Counted from the stretch's first letter, positions 26,220-37,481 are shown. The stretch is 64,000 nucleotides of DNA from Alphaproteobacteria bacterium (GCA_965232515.1 CBDDPY010000002.1:1888001-1952000), one strand, 5' to 3'. A program made the numbers and translations. Notes: generated by a model not told the origin, from the letters alone.

Positions 26220-27173
26220 TCAGGACGCCAGGGCTGAATCGACGGTATAGGCGATGTAGGTCTCGTACATGGCCGCGTGAATACGCTCGCATTGCTGCAT
26301 CACGTCGCCCAGATAGTTGTGCAGGCTGTCGGCCATGATCTCGTCCACATGGCCAAAGTCGAGGGTCGCGCGCAACCGGCCCGCCAGGCGTTCGGCCCGG
26401 CCGGCCTTGCGGGCGCCGACATCGCGCGCGATCTCCTCCAGCGCCGCCTGCACGCTGTCGACGGCGAAGCGCACCGAGCGCGGGAACTCCTCGTTCAGCA
26501 GCAGGAACTCGGCGATATAGCGCGGCTGGAAGTCGGCCGTGTAGACCTTGCAGTACGCCTCGAACGCCGTGCAGGACTTCAGCAGGCCGACCTGCTCGAT
26601 ATACTCGACCGCGCCCAGCGCCGCGCCGTCGGCCATGTAGCTCGCGAAATAAACGTCCAGCAGCCGCGACGTCGCCATCGCCCGTTCGAGATAGCGACCG
26701 ATCTGGATGAACTGCCAGCCTTCGCCATGATTCAGCGTCGCATCGGTCAGGCCCTGAAACAGATGCGCGCCCTCGATCACCTCGCGGCAGAAGTTGCCGT
26801 GCTCGTCCGGGTTCAGCTTGCTGGCGCCGCGCAGGCGTAGATAGAGCCGGTTCAGGTCCTGCCACATCTCGGTGCTGACCTGCTCGCGCACCTGCCGCGC
26901 GTTCTCGCGCGCCGCGTTCACGCAGGCGCGCACTGACACCGGCCGGCTCGCGTCATACAACAGCACCGCCAGCATGGAATCGAGCTCGGCCGCCTCCTCC
27001 GGCGCCAGCCCCACATTCATCGCCGCCAGCGGCCTGGCCCAGCGGTCCGACTGAAACGCCGTCGCCAGCTCCAGCGACAGGTCGAGATTGACGCCGATCA
27101 GGCGCGCGTTGTGCTCGGCTCGCTCGAGATAGCGGCTCATCCAGTAGAGGCTGTCGGAAACCCGTGAAAGCAA
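26220..27173 (-). CDS. Alpha-E domain protein
   Basis: '[19 protein letters not shown]', '[10 protein letters not shown]', 'IGRYLERA' and 'FPRSVRF'. Confidence 0.92.
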   Translation of the reverse strand: MLSRVSDSLYWMSRYLERAEHNARLIGVNLDLSLELATAFQSDRWARPLAAMNVGLAPEEAAELDSMLAVLLYDASRPVSVRACVNAARENARQVREQVSTEMWQDLNRLYLRLRGASKLNPDEHGNFCREVIEGAHLFQGLTDATLNHGEGWQFIQIGRYLERAMATSRLLDVYFASYMADGAALGAVEYIEQVGLLKSCTAFEAYCKVYTADFQPRYIAEFLLLNEEFPRSVRFAVDSVQAALEEIARDVGARKAGRAERLAGRLRATLDFGHVDEIMADSLHNYLGDVMQQCERIHAAMYETYIAYTVDSALAS

Positions 27174-27186
27174 CTGACGGCCCGCC

Positions 27187-28680
27187 CTAGTCGTTCAGGA
27201 CCCAGGTGTCCTTCGAGCCGCCGCCCTGGCTCGAGTTCACCACCAGCGATCCGCGTTTGAGCGCCACGCGCGTCAGTCCGCCAGGCACGATCTTGACCTC
27301 TTCGCCGGCGAGGATGAACGGCCGCAGATCCACGTGTCGCGCCTCGATCCGGTCGTCGACGAAACACGGCGCGCGCGACAGTGCCAGCGTCGGCTGGGCG
27401 ATATAGTTGCGCGGATTGGCGATGATCGCCTCGCGGAACTCGGCCCGTTCCTCGGCCGTGCTGTGCGGGCCGATCAGCATGCCGTAGCCGCCGGACTCGC
27501 CGACCGCCTTCACCACCAGCTTGTCCAGGTTGTCGAGCACGTATTTCCGGTCGTCGTCGTAAGCCAGGATGTAGGTCTCGACGTTCGGCAGGATCGGCTC
27601 CTCGTCGAGATAGTATTTGATGATCTTCGGCAGGAAGGCGTAGACCGCCTTGTCGTCGGCGACGCCGGTGCCGATGGCGTTCGCCATGCCGACATTGCCG
27701 GCGCGGAAGGCGTTGAACAGCCCCGGCACGCCCAGGATCGAATCCCGGCGGAACGCCAGCGGATCGACGAAATCGTCATCGATGCGGCGATAGATCACGT
27801 CGACCCGCTCCAGGCCCGCCGTCGTCCGCATATAGACGACGTTGTCGTGCACCAGCAGGTCGCGGCCCTCGACCAGCTCGATGCCCATCTGCCGGGCCAG
27901 ATACGTGTGCTCGAAATAGGCCGAGTTGAACACCCCCGGCGTCAGCAGCACGACGGTCGGGTTCGGCCGGTGCGGCGGCGACAGCGAGCGCAGCGTCGAC
28001 AGCAGGGCCTGGCAGTAATTGTCGACCGGCCGCACACCGTGCAGCAGGAACATCTGCGGGAACAGCCGCTTCATCACCTCGCGGTTCGCCAGCATGTAGG
28101 AGACGCCGCTCGGCACCCTGAGATTGTCCTCCAGCACCGCGAAACGGCCGTCGTCGAGGCGCACCAGATCCGAGCCCGAGATCGCCACATAGACGTCCCG
28201 CGGCGGATTGATGCCCCGCATCTCTGGCCGGTAATGCCGGCAGCTATAGATCATGTCGCGCGGCACCACGCCGTCGTCGAAGATGCGGCCGGCGTGATAG
28301 ATGTCCTTCAGGAACAGGTTCAGCGCATTGATCCGCTGGGTCAGACCGTCGTTGATCACCCGCCATTCGTCGGCCGTGATGATGCGCGGCAGCAGGTCGG
28401 TCGGAAACACCCGCTCGGTGCCTTCCTCGTGACCGTAGACCGTGAAGGTGATGCCCTGATTCAGGAAAAACAGATCGGCGGCCTGCTGGCGTTGATGGAA
28501 CTCTTCGGGCGCCAGCTTCAGGATGCGCTGATAGAGCTTCTCATAGGCAGCCCGCGGCACCCGTTCGCGGGTCAGCATCTCGTCATAGGCGGCGTCGAGC
28601 TGGTAGTCGCAGAACAGCGCCGGCAATGCCGCCGCTTCGTCCCCCGTCTCCCTGTTGGCCTGCGTTTTTTTGACAGCCAT
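27187..28680 (-). CDS. Circularly permuted type 2 ATP-grasp protein
   Basis: 'GITFTVY', '[14 protein letters not shown]', '[11 protein letters not shown]', 'GESGGYGM' and '[15 protein letters not shown]'. Confidence 0.94.
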   Translation of the reverse strand: MAVKKTQANRETGDEAAALPALFCDYQLDAAYDEMLTRERVPRAAYEKLYQRILKLAPEEFHQRQQAADLFFLNQGITFTVYGHEEGTERVFPTDLLPRIITADEWRVINDGLTQRINALNLFLKDIYHAGRIFDDGVVPRDMIYSCRHYRPEMRGINPPRDVYVAISGSDLVRLDDGRFAVLEDNLRVPSGVSYMLANREVMKRLFPQMFLLHGVRPVDNYCQALLSTLRSLSPPHRPNPTVVLLTPGVFNSAYFEHTYLARQMGIELVEGRDLLVHDNVVYMRTTAGLERVDVIYRRIDDDFVDPLAFRRDSILGVPGLFNAFRAGNVGMANAIGTGVADDKAVYAFLPKIIKYYLDEEPILPNVETYILAYDDDRKYVLDNLDKLVVKAVGESGGYGMLIGPHSTAEERAEFREAIIANPRNYIAQPTLALSRAPCFVDDRIEARHVDLRPFILAGEEVKIVPGGLTRVALKRGSLVVNSSQGGGSKDTWVLND

Positions 28681-28752
28681 GTTGGCTGAAAGCCTGACGG
28701 CACGCCCGCGCGGCTGTCAAGGCGATACTGCGCCTGCGAAATGGAATTCTTG

Positions 28753-29676
<924 letters not shown>

Positions 29677-29706
29677 ATCGCTCCGAATGGATGCCTTCGT
29701 GGAACC

Positions 29707-30432
29707 TCAACGCGCCAATTCGCCGGCCAGCACCGGCTGCGGTTCGGGCGAGCGGCGCAGGTGCGGCGACAGGCGATATTCCAGATATCGCACACCGCGC
29801 GTGACGACAAAGTTAATCGTCAGATAAATCGCGCCGGCGACGATGAAGATCTCCACTGGCAGGAAGGTTTGCGAGATGATCTTGCGGGCGATGCCGGTGA
29901 TCTCCAGGATCGTGATCGTGCTGGCGAGCGAGGTCGACTTCACCATCAGGATGATCTCGTTGCCGTAGGCCGGCAGCGCCTGGCGGATGGCGACGGGGAA
30001 GATGATGCGCCGGAACAGGAGCGGCCCCGACATGCCGCAGGCCCGCGCCGCCTCGACCTGCCCCCAGGGCACCGACTGGATGCCGCCGCGGATGATCTCC
30101 GAGGTGTAAGCGCCGGTGTTCATGGTCAGCGCCAGGATCGCGCACCAATAGGGCTCGCGGAAGAACGGCCAGAGGAAGCTCTCCCGCACCGCCTCGAACT
30201 GGCCCAGGCCGTAATAGATCAGGAAGATCTGCACCAGCAGCGGCGTACCGCGAAACACGAAGACGTAGGAATACGCGACCGCGGAGATGGCGCGGAAAGA
30301 CGACAGCCGCAGCAGGGCGATACCGACGGCGACGAAGAAGCCCAGCGCCAGCGACGCGAACACCAGCTGGAAGGTCATGCCGGCGCCCTCGAGCAGCTTC
30401 GGCAGGCTTTCCCACATCAGCGCGAAGTCCAT
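29707..30432 (-). CDS. Polar amino-acid ABC transporter permease (HisM-like)
   Basis: 'FRGTPLLVQ', EAA loop 'GQVEAARACGMS' and 'KSTSLAS'. Confidence 0.92.
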   Translation of the reverse strand: MDFALMWESLPKLLEGAGMTFQLVFASLALGFFVAVGIALLRLSSFRAISAVAYSYVFVFRGTPLLVQIFLIYYGLGQFEAVRESFLWPFFREPYWCAILALTMNTGAYTSEIIRGGIQSVPWGQVEAARACGMSGPLLFRRIIFPVAIRQALPAYGNEIILMVKSTSLASTITILEITGIARKIISQTFLPVEIFIVAGAIYLTINFVVTRGVRYLEYRLSPHLRRSPEPQPVLAGELAR

Positions 30433-30433
30433 G

Positions 30434-31135
30434 TCAGGCCCGCCTGACGCCGCGGTTGGCCCAGCGCTCCGAGCGCTGGAAGCCCATGTTCGAGAAGGTC
30501 GTCAACACCAGATAGGCGACAGCCGCCAGCAGGTAAAAGACGAACGGCTGGCGCGTCGAGCCCGAGGCGATCGAGGCCTGCCGCATGATCTCGACCAGGC
30601 CGGTGACCGAGATCAGCGCCGTGTCTTTCAGGGTCAATTGCCAGACGTTGCCGAGGCCCGGCAACGCGAAACGCAGCACCTGCGGGGCCATGATGCGCCG
30701 GAACATCAGCCAGTCGCTCATGCCGCAGGCGCGCGCCGCCTCGATCTGGCCGCGCGGAATCGCCAGCACCGCGCCGCGCAGCACCTCGGTCGAATACGCG
30801 CCCGATACCACGCCGATCGCGATCGTGCCGATGGTGAAGGCGTTCAGCTCGATATAGCCGTCATAGCCGAAGATGCGGGCGACGAACATCACCGCCCCAT
30901 TGCCGCCAAAGAACAAGAGGTAAAGGATCAACAGCTCCGGCACGCCGCGCACCACGGTGGTGTAGGCATCGCCGATGGCCCGGTTGACCATCCAGTCCGA
31001 CAGCTTCAGGGCCGCGCCGCCAGCGCCGATCACCAGTCCCAGGAAGAACGACGACACGCTGACCGCGATCGTCATCAAGGTGGCGACCGCCATCTCGTCG
31101 CCCCACCCGCCATCGCCGAAACTTAGGAGGTCCAA
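30434..31135 (-). CDS. Polar amino-acid ABC transporter permease (HisQ-like)
   Basis: 'YTTVVRGVPEL', 'GQIEAARACGMS' and 'LKDTALIS'. Confidence 0.92.
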   Translation of the reverse strand: MDLLSFGDGGWGDEMAVATLMTIAVSVSSFFLGLVIGAGGAALKLSDWMVNRAIGDAYTTVVRGVPELLILYLLFFGGNGAVMFVARIFGYDGYIELNAFTIGTIAIGVVSGAYSTEVLRGAVLAIPRGQIEAARACGMSDWLMFRRIMAPQVLRFALPGLGNVWQLTLKDTALISVTGLVEIMRQASIASGSTRQPFVFYLLAAVAYLVLTTFSNMGFQRSERWANRGVRRA

Positions 31136-31184
31136 AGACTGGTGACCCTAATGACCGGTCTGGATGATTGTTGCGCGTACGGCT

Positions 31185-31310
31185 GCCCTCACCCCAACCC
31201 TCTCCCGCAGGCGGGAGAGGGGGCCGCGACCGCTGCGGCATTCAACCCCTCTCCCGCCTGCGGGAGAGGGAGGGACCCGCGCGACGGCAGTCGCGTGGGA
31301 GGGTGAGGGC
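31185..31310. repeat. Alphaproteobacterial palindromic intergenic repeat (RIME/REP-like)
   Basis: Terminal inverted repeats GCCCTCACCC...GGGTGAGGGC. Inside are two inverted copies of the CCTCTCCCGC-NN-GCGGGAGAGG hairpin. Confidence 0.8.
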
Positions 31311-31344
31311 TGCCGCATCGCCGTGATTACAGCGCGTCGATCAA

Positions 31345-32181
31345 CTACTCCGTAAACCCGAACCACTGCAGCGCCAGGCGGTCGACGGTGCCGTCGGCAC
31401 GGGCTTCGCCGATCGCCTTGCTGAACATCGCGGCGAGCTCGGTATCCTTCTGGCGGATGCCGGCGCCGACGCCGGCGCCGAACGGACCGCCGTTCATGGT
31501 CGGCCCGACGGCGGCGAAGCCCTTGCCCTTGTCGGAATCCAAGAGCGGCTTCCAATAGCTCATCGAGGCCAGCGCCGCGTCCACCCGGCCGGCGGCGAGG
31601 TCGAGATCCAGGTTCTCCTGCGTGTCATAAGTGCGGATGTCGACATCGTCGGCCAGCACCGCGTTCAGAAAGTTCTCGTGCGTGGTCGCGACCTGGACGC
31701 CGATGGTCTTGCCTTTGAACGTGCCCTTGATCTTGTCGATCGCCGCCTGCTCGCCGGCATCGACATCGTCGAGCGACAACTTCGTGGCGTCAGTGTTGAA
31801 GCCGGCGAGGTCGCTGGTCTTCAGCACCACGAACGAGGCCGGCGTGCCGAAATAGGAGGCCGAGAAGCTGATCACCTTCTTGCGCTTCTCGGTGATCGAC
31901 ATGCCAGCCATGATGACGTCGTACTTGCCGGCCTGCAGCGCCGGGATGATGCCGTCCCAGGCCTGGGCGACGATCTCGCACTCGACGTTCATGCGCCGGC
32001 AGAGGTCGCGCGCCAGATCGAGTTCGAAGCCGATCAGCTTGCCCGAGGAATCGGTGAAGTTCCACGGCGCGTAGGCCCCCTCGGTGGCGATCCGCACCTT
32101 CTTCCAGTCCTTGGCCAGCGCCGAACCGGCGCCCACGGCCAACGCGGCCGCCACGGCGATCGCTGTCATCAGCTTTTTCAT
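31345..32181 (-). CDS. Polar amino-acid ABC transporter substrate-binding protein (Arg/Lys/Orn/His/opine-like)
   Basis: Signal peptide; 'IATEGAYAPWN', 'WDGIIPAL' and 'MSITEKR'; AAGGAG RBS. Confidence 0.92.
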   Translation of the reverse strand: MKKLMTAIAVAAALAVGAGSALAKDWKKVRIATEGAYAPWNFTDSSGKLIGFELDLARDLCRRMNVECEIVAQAWDGIIPALQAGKYDVIMAGMSITEKRKKVISFSASYFGTPASFVVLKTSDLAGFNTDATKLSLDDVDAGEQAAIDKIKGTFKGKTIGVQVATTHENFLNAVLADDVDIRTYDTQENLDLDLAAGRVDAALASMSYWKPLLDSDKGKGFAAVGPTMNGGPFGAGVGAGIRQKDTELAAMFSKAIGEARADGTVDRLALQWFGFTE

Positions 32182-32252
32182 TTTAGAACTCCTTGCTCTT
32201 GGAATTGACGTCATTGACGTGGTTTCGCGTGTCGGCTCCCCCCTTGGGCCGG

Positions 32253-33041
32253 CTACAGCATGCTCGCCAGGAACTGGCGGCAGCGTGGGGATATGGGATT
32301 GTCAAAGACCTGCGACGGCGGTCCATGCTCCTCGACGATGCCCTGTTCCAGGAACAGCACCTCATTCGAGACCTCGCGCGCGAAGCCCATCTCGTGGGTG
32401 ACCACGATCATGGTGCGGCCCTCCAGCGCCAGGTCGCGCATCACCTTCAGCACCTCGCCGACCAGTTCCGGGTCCAGCGCCGAGGTCGGCTCGTCGAACA
32501 GCAGCACATCGGGCTCCATCGCCAGCGCCCTGGCGATCGCCGCCCGCTGTTGCTGGCCGCCCGACAGGTGCGCCGGATAGTAGTGCTGGCGGTCGGACAT
32601 GCCGACCTTGTGCAGGATGGCTTCCGCCTTCTCGACCGCTTCCTTCTTCGGCACCCGCTTCACATGCACCGGCGCCTCGATGACATTCTCCAGCACGGTC
32701 ATGTGCGACCACAGATTGAAGCTCTGGAACACCATGCCGAGGCGCGCCCGGATGCGATCGACCTGCCGCTTGTCGGCCGGCGCCGCCATGCCGCCCGAGA
32801 GCTGCTTCATCCGGATCAGCTCGCCCTTGACCTCGATGCGGCCGGCGTTCGGGATCTCCAGCAGGTTGATGCAGCGCAGGAACGTGCTCTTGCCCGAGCC
32901 GCTGGAACCGATCAGCGAGATCACGTCGCCATCGCGCGCTGTCAGCGAGACGCCCTTCAGGACTTCAAGACTGCCGAAGCTCTTGTGCAGATCGTCGACA
33001 ACCAGGGCGGCGCCGCCATTGGCGGCGGAACCATCGGCCAT
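32253..33041 (-). CDS. Polar amino-acid ABC transporter ATPase (HisP-like)
   Basis: 'GSSGSGKST', 'LSGGQQQR' and 'LLFDEPTSALDPE'. Confidence 0.95.
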   Translation of the reverse strand: MADGSAANGGAALVVDDLHKSFGSLEVLKGVSLTARDGDVISLIGSSGSGKSTFLRCINLLEIPNAGRIEVKGELIRMKQLSGGMAAPADKRQVDRIRARLGMVFQSFNLWSHMTVLENVIEAPVHVKRVPKKEAVEKAEAILHKVGMSDRQHYYPAHLSGGQQQRAAIARALAMEPDVLLFDEPTSALDPELVGEVLKVMRDLALEGRTMIVVTHEMGFAREVSNEVLFLEQGIVEEHGPPSQVFDNPISPRCRQFLASML

Positions 33042-33212
33042 CTATGTACTTCCCTGTCGTATCAGCCGTTTTGCTTATCTTTGGCTTGGACGTTAGACAC
33101 GTTTTCACCGCGGTGCAACAATAGTGGCGTTAACCTTGATGATTCCGGGCGCGCGGCTTAGGTTGCCGGTCGCATTTCTTCCGCAACTCCAAAGAATGGT
33201 GTTAAGTCCGTA

Positions 33213-34061
33213 ATGAAATTCTCCGGTACCGACACGTATGTGGCGACCGAGGACCTGATGGTCGCGGTCAACGCGGCCATCACGCTCGAGCGCCCGCTGC
33301 TGGTCAAGGGCGAGCCCGGCACGGGCAAGACCATCCTGGCGCACGAGGTCGCGAAGGCGCTCGACAAGCCGCTGATCCAGTGGCACATCAAGTCGACCAC
33401 CAAGGCGCAGCAGGGCCTCTACGAATATGACGCTGTCTCGCGCCTGCGCGATTCACAGCTCGGCGACGAGCGCGTGCACGACATCGCCAACTACATCGTC
33501 CGCGGCAAGCTCTGGGACGCCTTCGAGGCCGACGAAGCGCCGGTGCTGCTGATCGACGAGGTCGACAAGGCCGACATCGAGTTCCCGAACGACCTGCTGC
33601 TCGAGCTCGATCGCATGGAGTTCTACGTCTACGAGACCCAGCAGGAGGTGAAGGCGCAGAACCGGCCGATCGTCATCATCACGTCGAACAACGAGAAGGA
33701 GCTGCCGGACGCCTTCCTGCGCCGCTGCTTCTTCCACTACATCCGCTTCCCCGACCGCGAGACCATGCTCGACATCGTCGACGTGCATTTCCCCGACGTG
33801 CAGCAGAGCCTGGTCCGCGAAGCGCTCAACATCTTCTACGAGACCCGCGAGGTGCCCGGCCTGAAGAAGAAGCCGTCGACGTCGGAGCTGCTCGACTGGC
33901 TGAAGCTGCTGATGGCCGAGGACATCCCGGCCGAGACGCTGCGCACGCGCGATCCGAAAAAGTTGATCCCGCCGCTGCACGGCGCCCTTCTGAAGAACGA
34001 GCAGGACGTGCACCTGTTCGAACGCCTCGCCTTCCTCGCCCGCCGCGAGCAGGGCAACTAA
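33213..34061 (+). CDS. MoxR/CoxD-type AAA+ ATPase
   Basis: 'GEPGTGKT', 'LLIDEVDKAD' and 'ELPDAFLRRC'. Confidence 0.93.
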   Translation: MKFSGTDTYVATEDLMVAVNAAITLERPLLVKGEPGTGKTILAHEVAKALDKPLIQWHIKSTTKAQQGLYEYDAVSRLRDSQLGDERVHDIANYIVRGKLWDAFEADEAPVLLIDEVDKADIEFPNDLLLELDRMEFYVYETQQEVKAQNRPIVIITSNNEKELPDAFLRRCFFHYIRFPDRETMLDIVDVHFPDVQQSLVREALNIFYETREVPGLKKKPSTSELLDWLKLLMAEDIPAETLRTRDPKKLIPPLHGALLKNEQDVHLFERLAFLARREQGN

Positions 34062-34080
34062 ACGCCCGGGAGGCCGCCCC

Positions 34081-35259
34081 ATGTTCGTCAACTTCTTCCT
34101 CGAGCTGAAGCAAGCCAAGGTGCCGGTCAGCCTGCGCGAGTACCTGACGCTGATGGAGGCAATGGAGGCGGGCGTCGCCAACTACAAGGTCGAGAACTTC
34201 TACTACCTCTCGCGTTCGACGCTGGTGAAGGACGAGCGCAATCTCGACAAGTTCGACCGCGTCTTCGCCCACGTCTTCAAGGGCCTGGAGCCGGCCGAGG
34301 ACGAGGTCGCGGCCGAGATCCCGGAGGAATGGCTGCGCAAGCTGACCGAGCTGTACCTCACTGACGAGGAAAAGGCGAAGATCGAGTCGCTCGGCGGCTG
34401 GGAAAAGCTGATGGAGACGCTGAAGGAGCGTCTGGAAGAGCAGAAGAAGCGCCACCAGGGCGGCAACAAATGGATCGGCACGGCCGGCACCTCGCCGTTC
34501 GGCGCCGAGGGCTATAACCCCGAGGGCATCCGCATCGGCCAGGACCGTTCGCGCCACCGCCGCGCGGTCAAGGTCTGGGATAAGCGCGAATACCGCAACC
34601 TCGACGACTCGGTCGTGCTCGGCACCCGGAACATCAAGGTGGCGCTACGCCGCCTGCGCAAGTTCGCCCGCGAGGGCGCGCCGGACGAGCTCGATCTCGA
34701 CGGCACCATCAAGTCCACGGCCAAGAACGGCGGCTATATCGACATTCGCATGCAGCCCGAACGCCGCAACACGGTGAAAGTGCTGCTGCTGCTCGACGTC
34801 GGCGGCTCGATGGACGACCACATCCGCACCTGCGAGGAGCTGTTCTCGGCCGCCCGCGGCGAGTTCAAGCATCTGGAATACTATTACTTCCACAACTGCC
34901 TCTACGAGAAGGTTTGGAAGGACAACCGCCGCCGCCACACCGAGCACATCCCGACGACCCAGCTCATCAACACCTACGGGCCGGACTGGAAGCTGTTCCT
35001 GGTCGGCGACGCCAGCATGAGCCCCTACGAGATCGCCTATCCCGGCGGCAGCGTCGAGCACTGGAACGAGGAACCGGGCCAGGTCTGGATGACCCGCCTG
35101 CTCGACCATTACAAGCACGCGGTCTGGCTGAATCCGGTGCCGGAGCGGCATTGGGAATACACGCCGTCGGTGCAGATGCTGCAGCAGCTCATGGGCGACC
35201 GCATGTACGGCCTGACGCTCGACGGCCTCGATCAGGCCATGCGCGAGCTCAATCGCTAA
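34081..35259 (+). CDS. vWA-domain protein (CoxE-like partner of MoxR)
   Basis: MIDAS-like 'LLDVGGSM', plus 'YFHNC', 'VGDASM' and 'WLNP'. Confidence 0.9.
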   Translation: MFVNFFLELKQAKVPVSLREYLTLMEAMEAGVANYKVENFYYLSRSTLVKDERNLDKFDRVFAHVFKGLEPAEDEVAAEIPEEWLRKLTELYLTDEEKAKIESLGGWEKLMETLKERLEEQKKRHQGGNKWIGTAGTSPFGAEGYNPEGIRIGQDRSRHRRAVKVWDKREYRNLDDSVVLGTRNIKVALRRLRKFAREGAPDELDLDGTIKSTAKNGGYIDIRMQPERRNTVKVLLLLDVGGSMDDHIRTCEELFSAARGEFKHLEYYYFHNCLYEKVWKDNRRRHTEHIPTTQLINTYGPDWKLFLVGDASMSPYEIAYPGGSVEHWNEEPGQVWMTRLLDHYKHAVWLNPVPERHWEYTPSVQMLQQLMGDRMYGLTLDGLDQAMRELNR

Positions 35260-35416
35260 CCGGCATTTACCGCCGGTTAACCTCCACGTTCGTTAAGGCT
35301 GTGCCCGCCGTCGGCGTGGCATAACCGTGGCAGCAGCCCACGGTCGTGGCATTTCTGTGGCCAATCGCCGATTCACCGTGTCAACGCCCCGATTCCCGGA
35401 CGTCGGCCCGGCCGCG

Positions 35417-35431
35417 TTAACTGTTTTTTAA
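35417..35431 (+). promoter_or_regulatory. CtrA box upstream of the riboswitch leader
   Basis: TTAA-CTGTTTT-TTAA is a perfect TTAA-N7-TTAA, about 50 nt before the aptamer. Confidence 0.68.
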
Positions 35432-35479
35432 GACCTGTTTACGAAACTAGAGGATGAAACGGGAACGGGCGTTATCTCG

Positions 35480-35570
35480 TCCTCGAAACGGCATACCACC
35501 GGCAACGGTGGGACGCAAAGCTTCCGGTCCACGAAACTTCATTGCGTGGATAGCGGGGCCGCCGAAAGGA
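35480..35570 (+). ncRNA. c-di-GMP-I (GEMM) riboswitch
   Basis: GGCATACC-ACCG-GCAA-CGGTGG-GACGCAAAGC-TTCCGGTCCACG...CGTGGATAGCGGGGCCGCCG. P2 is capped by a GNRA loop, the GGGACGCAAAGC core is conserved, P3 is present, and P1 pairs TCCTCG with CG(AA)AGGA. Confidence 0.9.
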
Positions 35571-35577
35571 AACGTGA

Positions 35578-36288
35578 ATGCTGATGTCCGTCATCTCATC
35601 GACCGGCAGCCGGGGGGCAGCACAACGCAAAACCCTGTCGACGCTGCTGGCTGGCGGCAGGGGCCTGATCCGGCCACTACGCCAGACACAAAAGACTCTT
35701 CTCGCCAAATCCGCCGCTTTTGTCGTCACCGGACTGCTGGCCCTTAGCGCCGGCGCCGCCGCCGCGCAGTCGAGCGACGAGGCCGCACGCTTCGTGCAAT
35801 CCGTCTGCGATCGGGCGACGCACATCCTGCAGGCAACCAATGCAAACGAAGATCGCAAGCGCGGCGAATTGCGGGGCCTGCTGGAAGAGGTCATGGACCT
35901 GCCGCGGATCGGCCGTTTCACGCTGGGCGGACATTGGGAGAACGTCTCGCTGAAGCAACAGAACGACTTCCAGTCGCTGTTCGCCGACTTCGTGCTGAAC
36001 ACCTATGCCAGCCTGCTGCTGTCGGAGACCGACAGCCGCTTCATCGTGGTCAAGACCGAAGCCCTGACCGACGACAAGGCCATCGTGCACACGCGGGTCG
36101 AACGCGCGTCAGGCGATGGCGTCGACACGGTCTGGCAGATCGGCAAGGCCGCGGACGGCAAATACCGCGTCCTCGACATCTCCGCCGACGGCGTCAGCCT
36201 CGCCGAAACCTATCGCGCGACGTTCAGCGCGTTGATGGCGAATGGCGGCATGCCGGTCCTGCTCGCGGCGCTGAAGAAACGCACCTGA
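35578..36288 (+). CDS. mlaC: MlaC/Ttg2D-family periplasmic (lipid-)binding protein
   Basis: Signal-like segment 'GLLALSAGAAAAQ'; motifs 'DLPRIGRFTLGGHW' and 'YRVLDISADGVSLAETYRATF'. The start is uncertain. Confidence 0.8.
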   Translation: MLMSVISSTGSRGAAQRKTLSTLLAGGRGLIRPLRQTQKTLLAKSAAFVVTGLLALSAGAAAAQSSDEAARFVQSVCDRATHILQATNANEDRKRGELRGLLEEVMDLPRIGRFTLGGHWENVSLKQQNDFQSLFADFVLNTYASLLLSETDSRFIVVKTEALTDDKAIVHTRVERASGDGVDTVWQIGKAADGKYRVLDISADGVSLAETYRATFSALMANGGMPVLLAALKKRT

Positions 36289-36485
36289 TCCAACGCCGGC
36301 ACGCGCCGGCGCCGATATCAGCGGCGCGCCCCACGGTGGGCGCTTGACGCTGTCCGTTTGCCGCCGGGCCATCGCGCCCGGTTTTACTTTGCCTGTGATC
36401 GACCCTCTTCCGATGGTTTTTGCCGGCCTCCACCCGATGGCCTAGGATCCGCCGAAGCTAGGTAACACGCTCGCGGAGACAGGCC

Positions 36486-37460
36486 ATGCGCACCAGACAG
36501 CTCGGATCCCTTTGGCCGGTCAGTGAACTGACGCTCGGCGGCGGCGGCCTCGGCCAGCTCTGGGGCACGACGTCACGCGACGAGGCCATCGCCACCGCCC
36601 GGGCCGCGGTCGACGCCGGCATCACGCTCTTCGACATGGCCCCGCGTTATGGCGAGGGCGAGGCCGAGGTCGTGATCGGCGCCGCCTTCGAGGGCCGCCT
36701 GCCACCCGGCGTGCGCGTGACCAGCAAGTGCCTCCTGGGCGAAACCCCGCCGGACCGCATCGAAGCGCATCTGCGGCAATCGATTGGCGACAGCCTGGCC
36801 CGGCTCAATCTCGAGCGGCTCGACATCTTCTTCCTGCATTCAAACGTCGTGCCGGACGACCATCCCATGCGCCAGCACCCGGACGCCGCGGTGCGCATGA
36901 CCCCGGTCTCGGTGTTCCGCGAGGTCGTCCGGCCGGTGTTCGAGAAACTCAAGGCCGAGGGCCTGATCGGCGCCTGGGGCCTGACCGGCATCGGCTATCC
37001 CGACACCATCATCGAACTTCTGGGCGAGTCACCGAAGCCCGGCGCCGTCCAGTGCATCGCCAATCTGTTGGACTCACCAGGCGGCCTGAAATTCTTCGAC
37101 GGCCCGGCCAAGCCCCGCGACGTCATCGCCGCGGCCGCCGCGAACAATGTGGGCGTCATGGGCATCCGCGCCGTCCAGGCCGGCGCGCTCACCGACCGCA
37201 TCGACCGCCCCCTGCCCGACGACCATCCGGAAATGGCCGACTATCGCCGTGCCGCCGGTTTCCGCCAACTCGCCGCCGAACTCGGCGAACCCACCGCCGC
37301 CCTCGCCCACCGCTACGCCCTGTCGCTGCCGGGTATCGACACCCTCGTCCTCGGCGTCAAGAACCAGGCCGAGCTCGACGACTGCATCGCCGCCGCGGAA
37401 GCCGGTCCCTTGTCGGCCGACCTGATCGCCCGCATCGACGCCGCTGTCGCCACAGGTTAG
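36486..37460 (+). CDS. Aldo/keto reductase
   Basis: 'LTLGGGGLG', 'GITLFDMAPRYG', 'VTSK' and 'SLARLNLERLDIFFLH'. Confidence 0.9.
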   Translation: MRTRQLGSLWPVSELTLGGGGLGQLWGTTSRDEAIATARAAVDAGITLFDMAPRYGEGEAEVVIGAAFEGRLPPGVRVTSKCLLGETPPDRIEAHLRQSIGDSLARLNLERLDIFFLHSNVVPDDHPMRQHPDAAVRMTPVSVFREVVRPVFEKLKAEGLIGAWGLTGIGYPDTIIELLGESPKPGAVQCIANLLDSPGGLKFFDGPAKPRDVIAAAAANNVGVMGIRAVQAGALTDRIDRPLPDDHPEMADYRRAAGFRQLAAELGEPTAALAHRYALSLPGIDTLVLGVKNQAELDDCIAAAEAGPLSADLIARIDAAVATG

Positions 37461-37481
37461 TCGTTCCGGAATCACCCGCCG

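Noticed and set aside
33213-35259. MoxR-vWA pair as part of a CO dehydrogenase or defence locus
   Set aside because: A widespread chaperone pair, with no cox or defence partners adjacent.
35454-35747. 97-aa ORF across the riboswitch as a leader peptide
   Set aside because: No recognisable features; the RNA structure explains the sequence better. It cannot be fully excluded.
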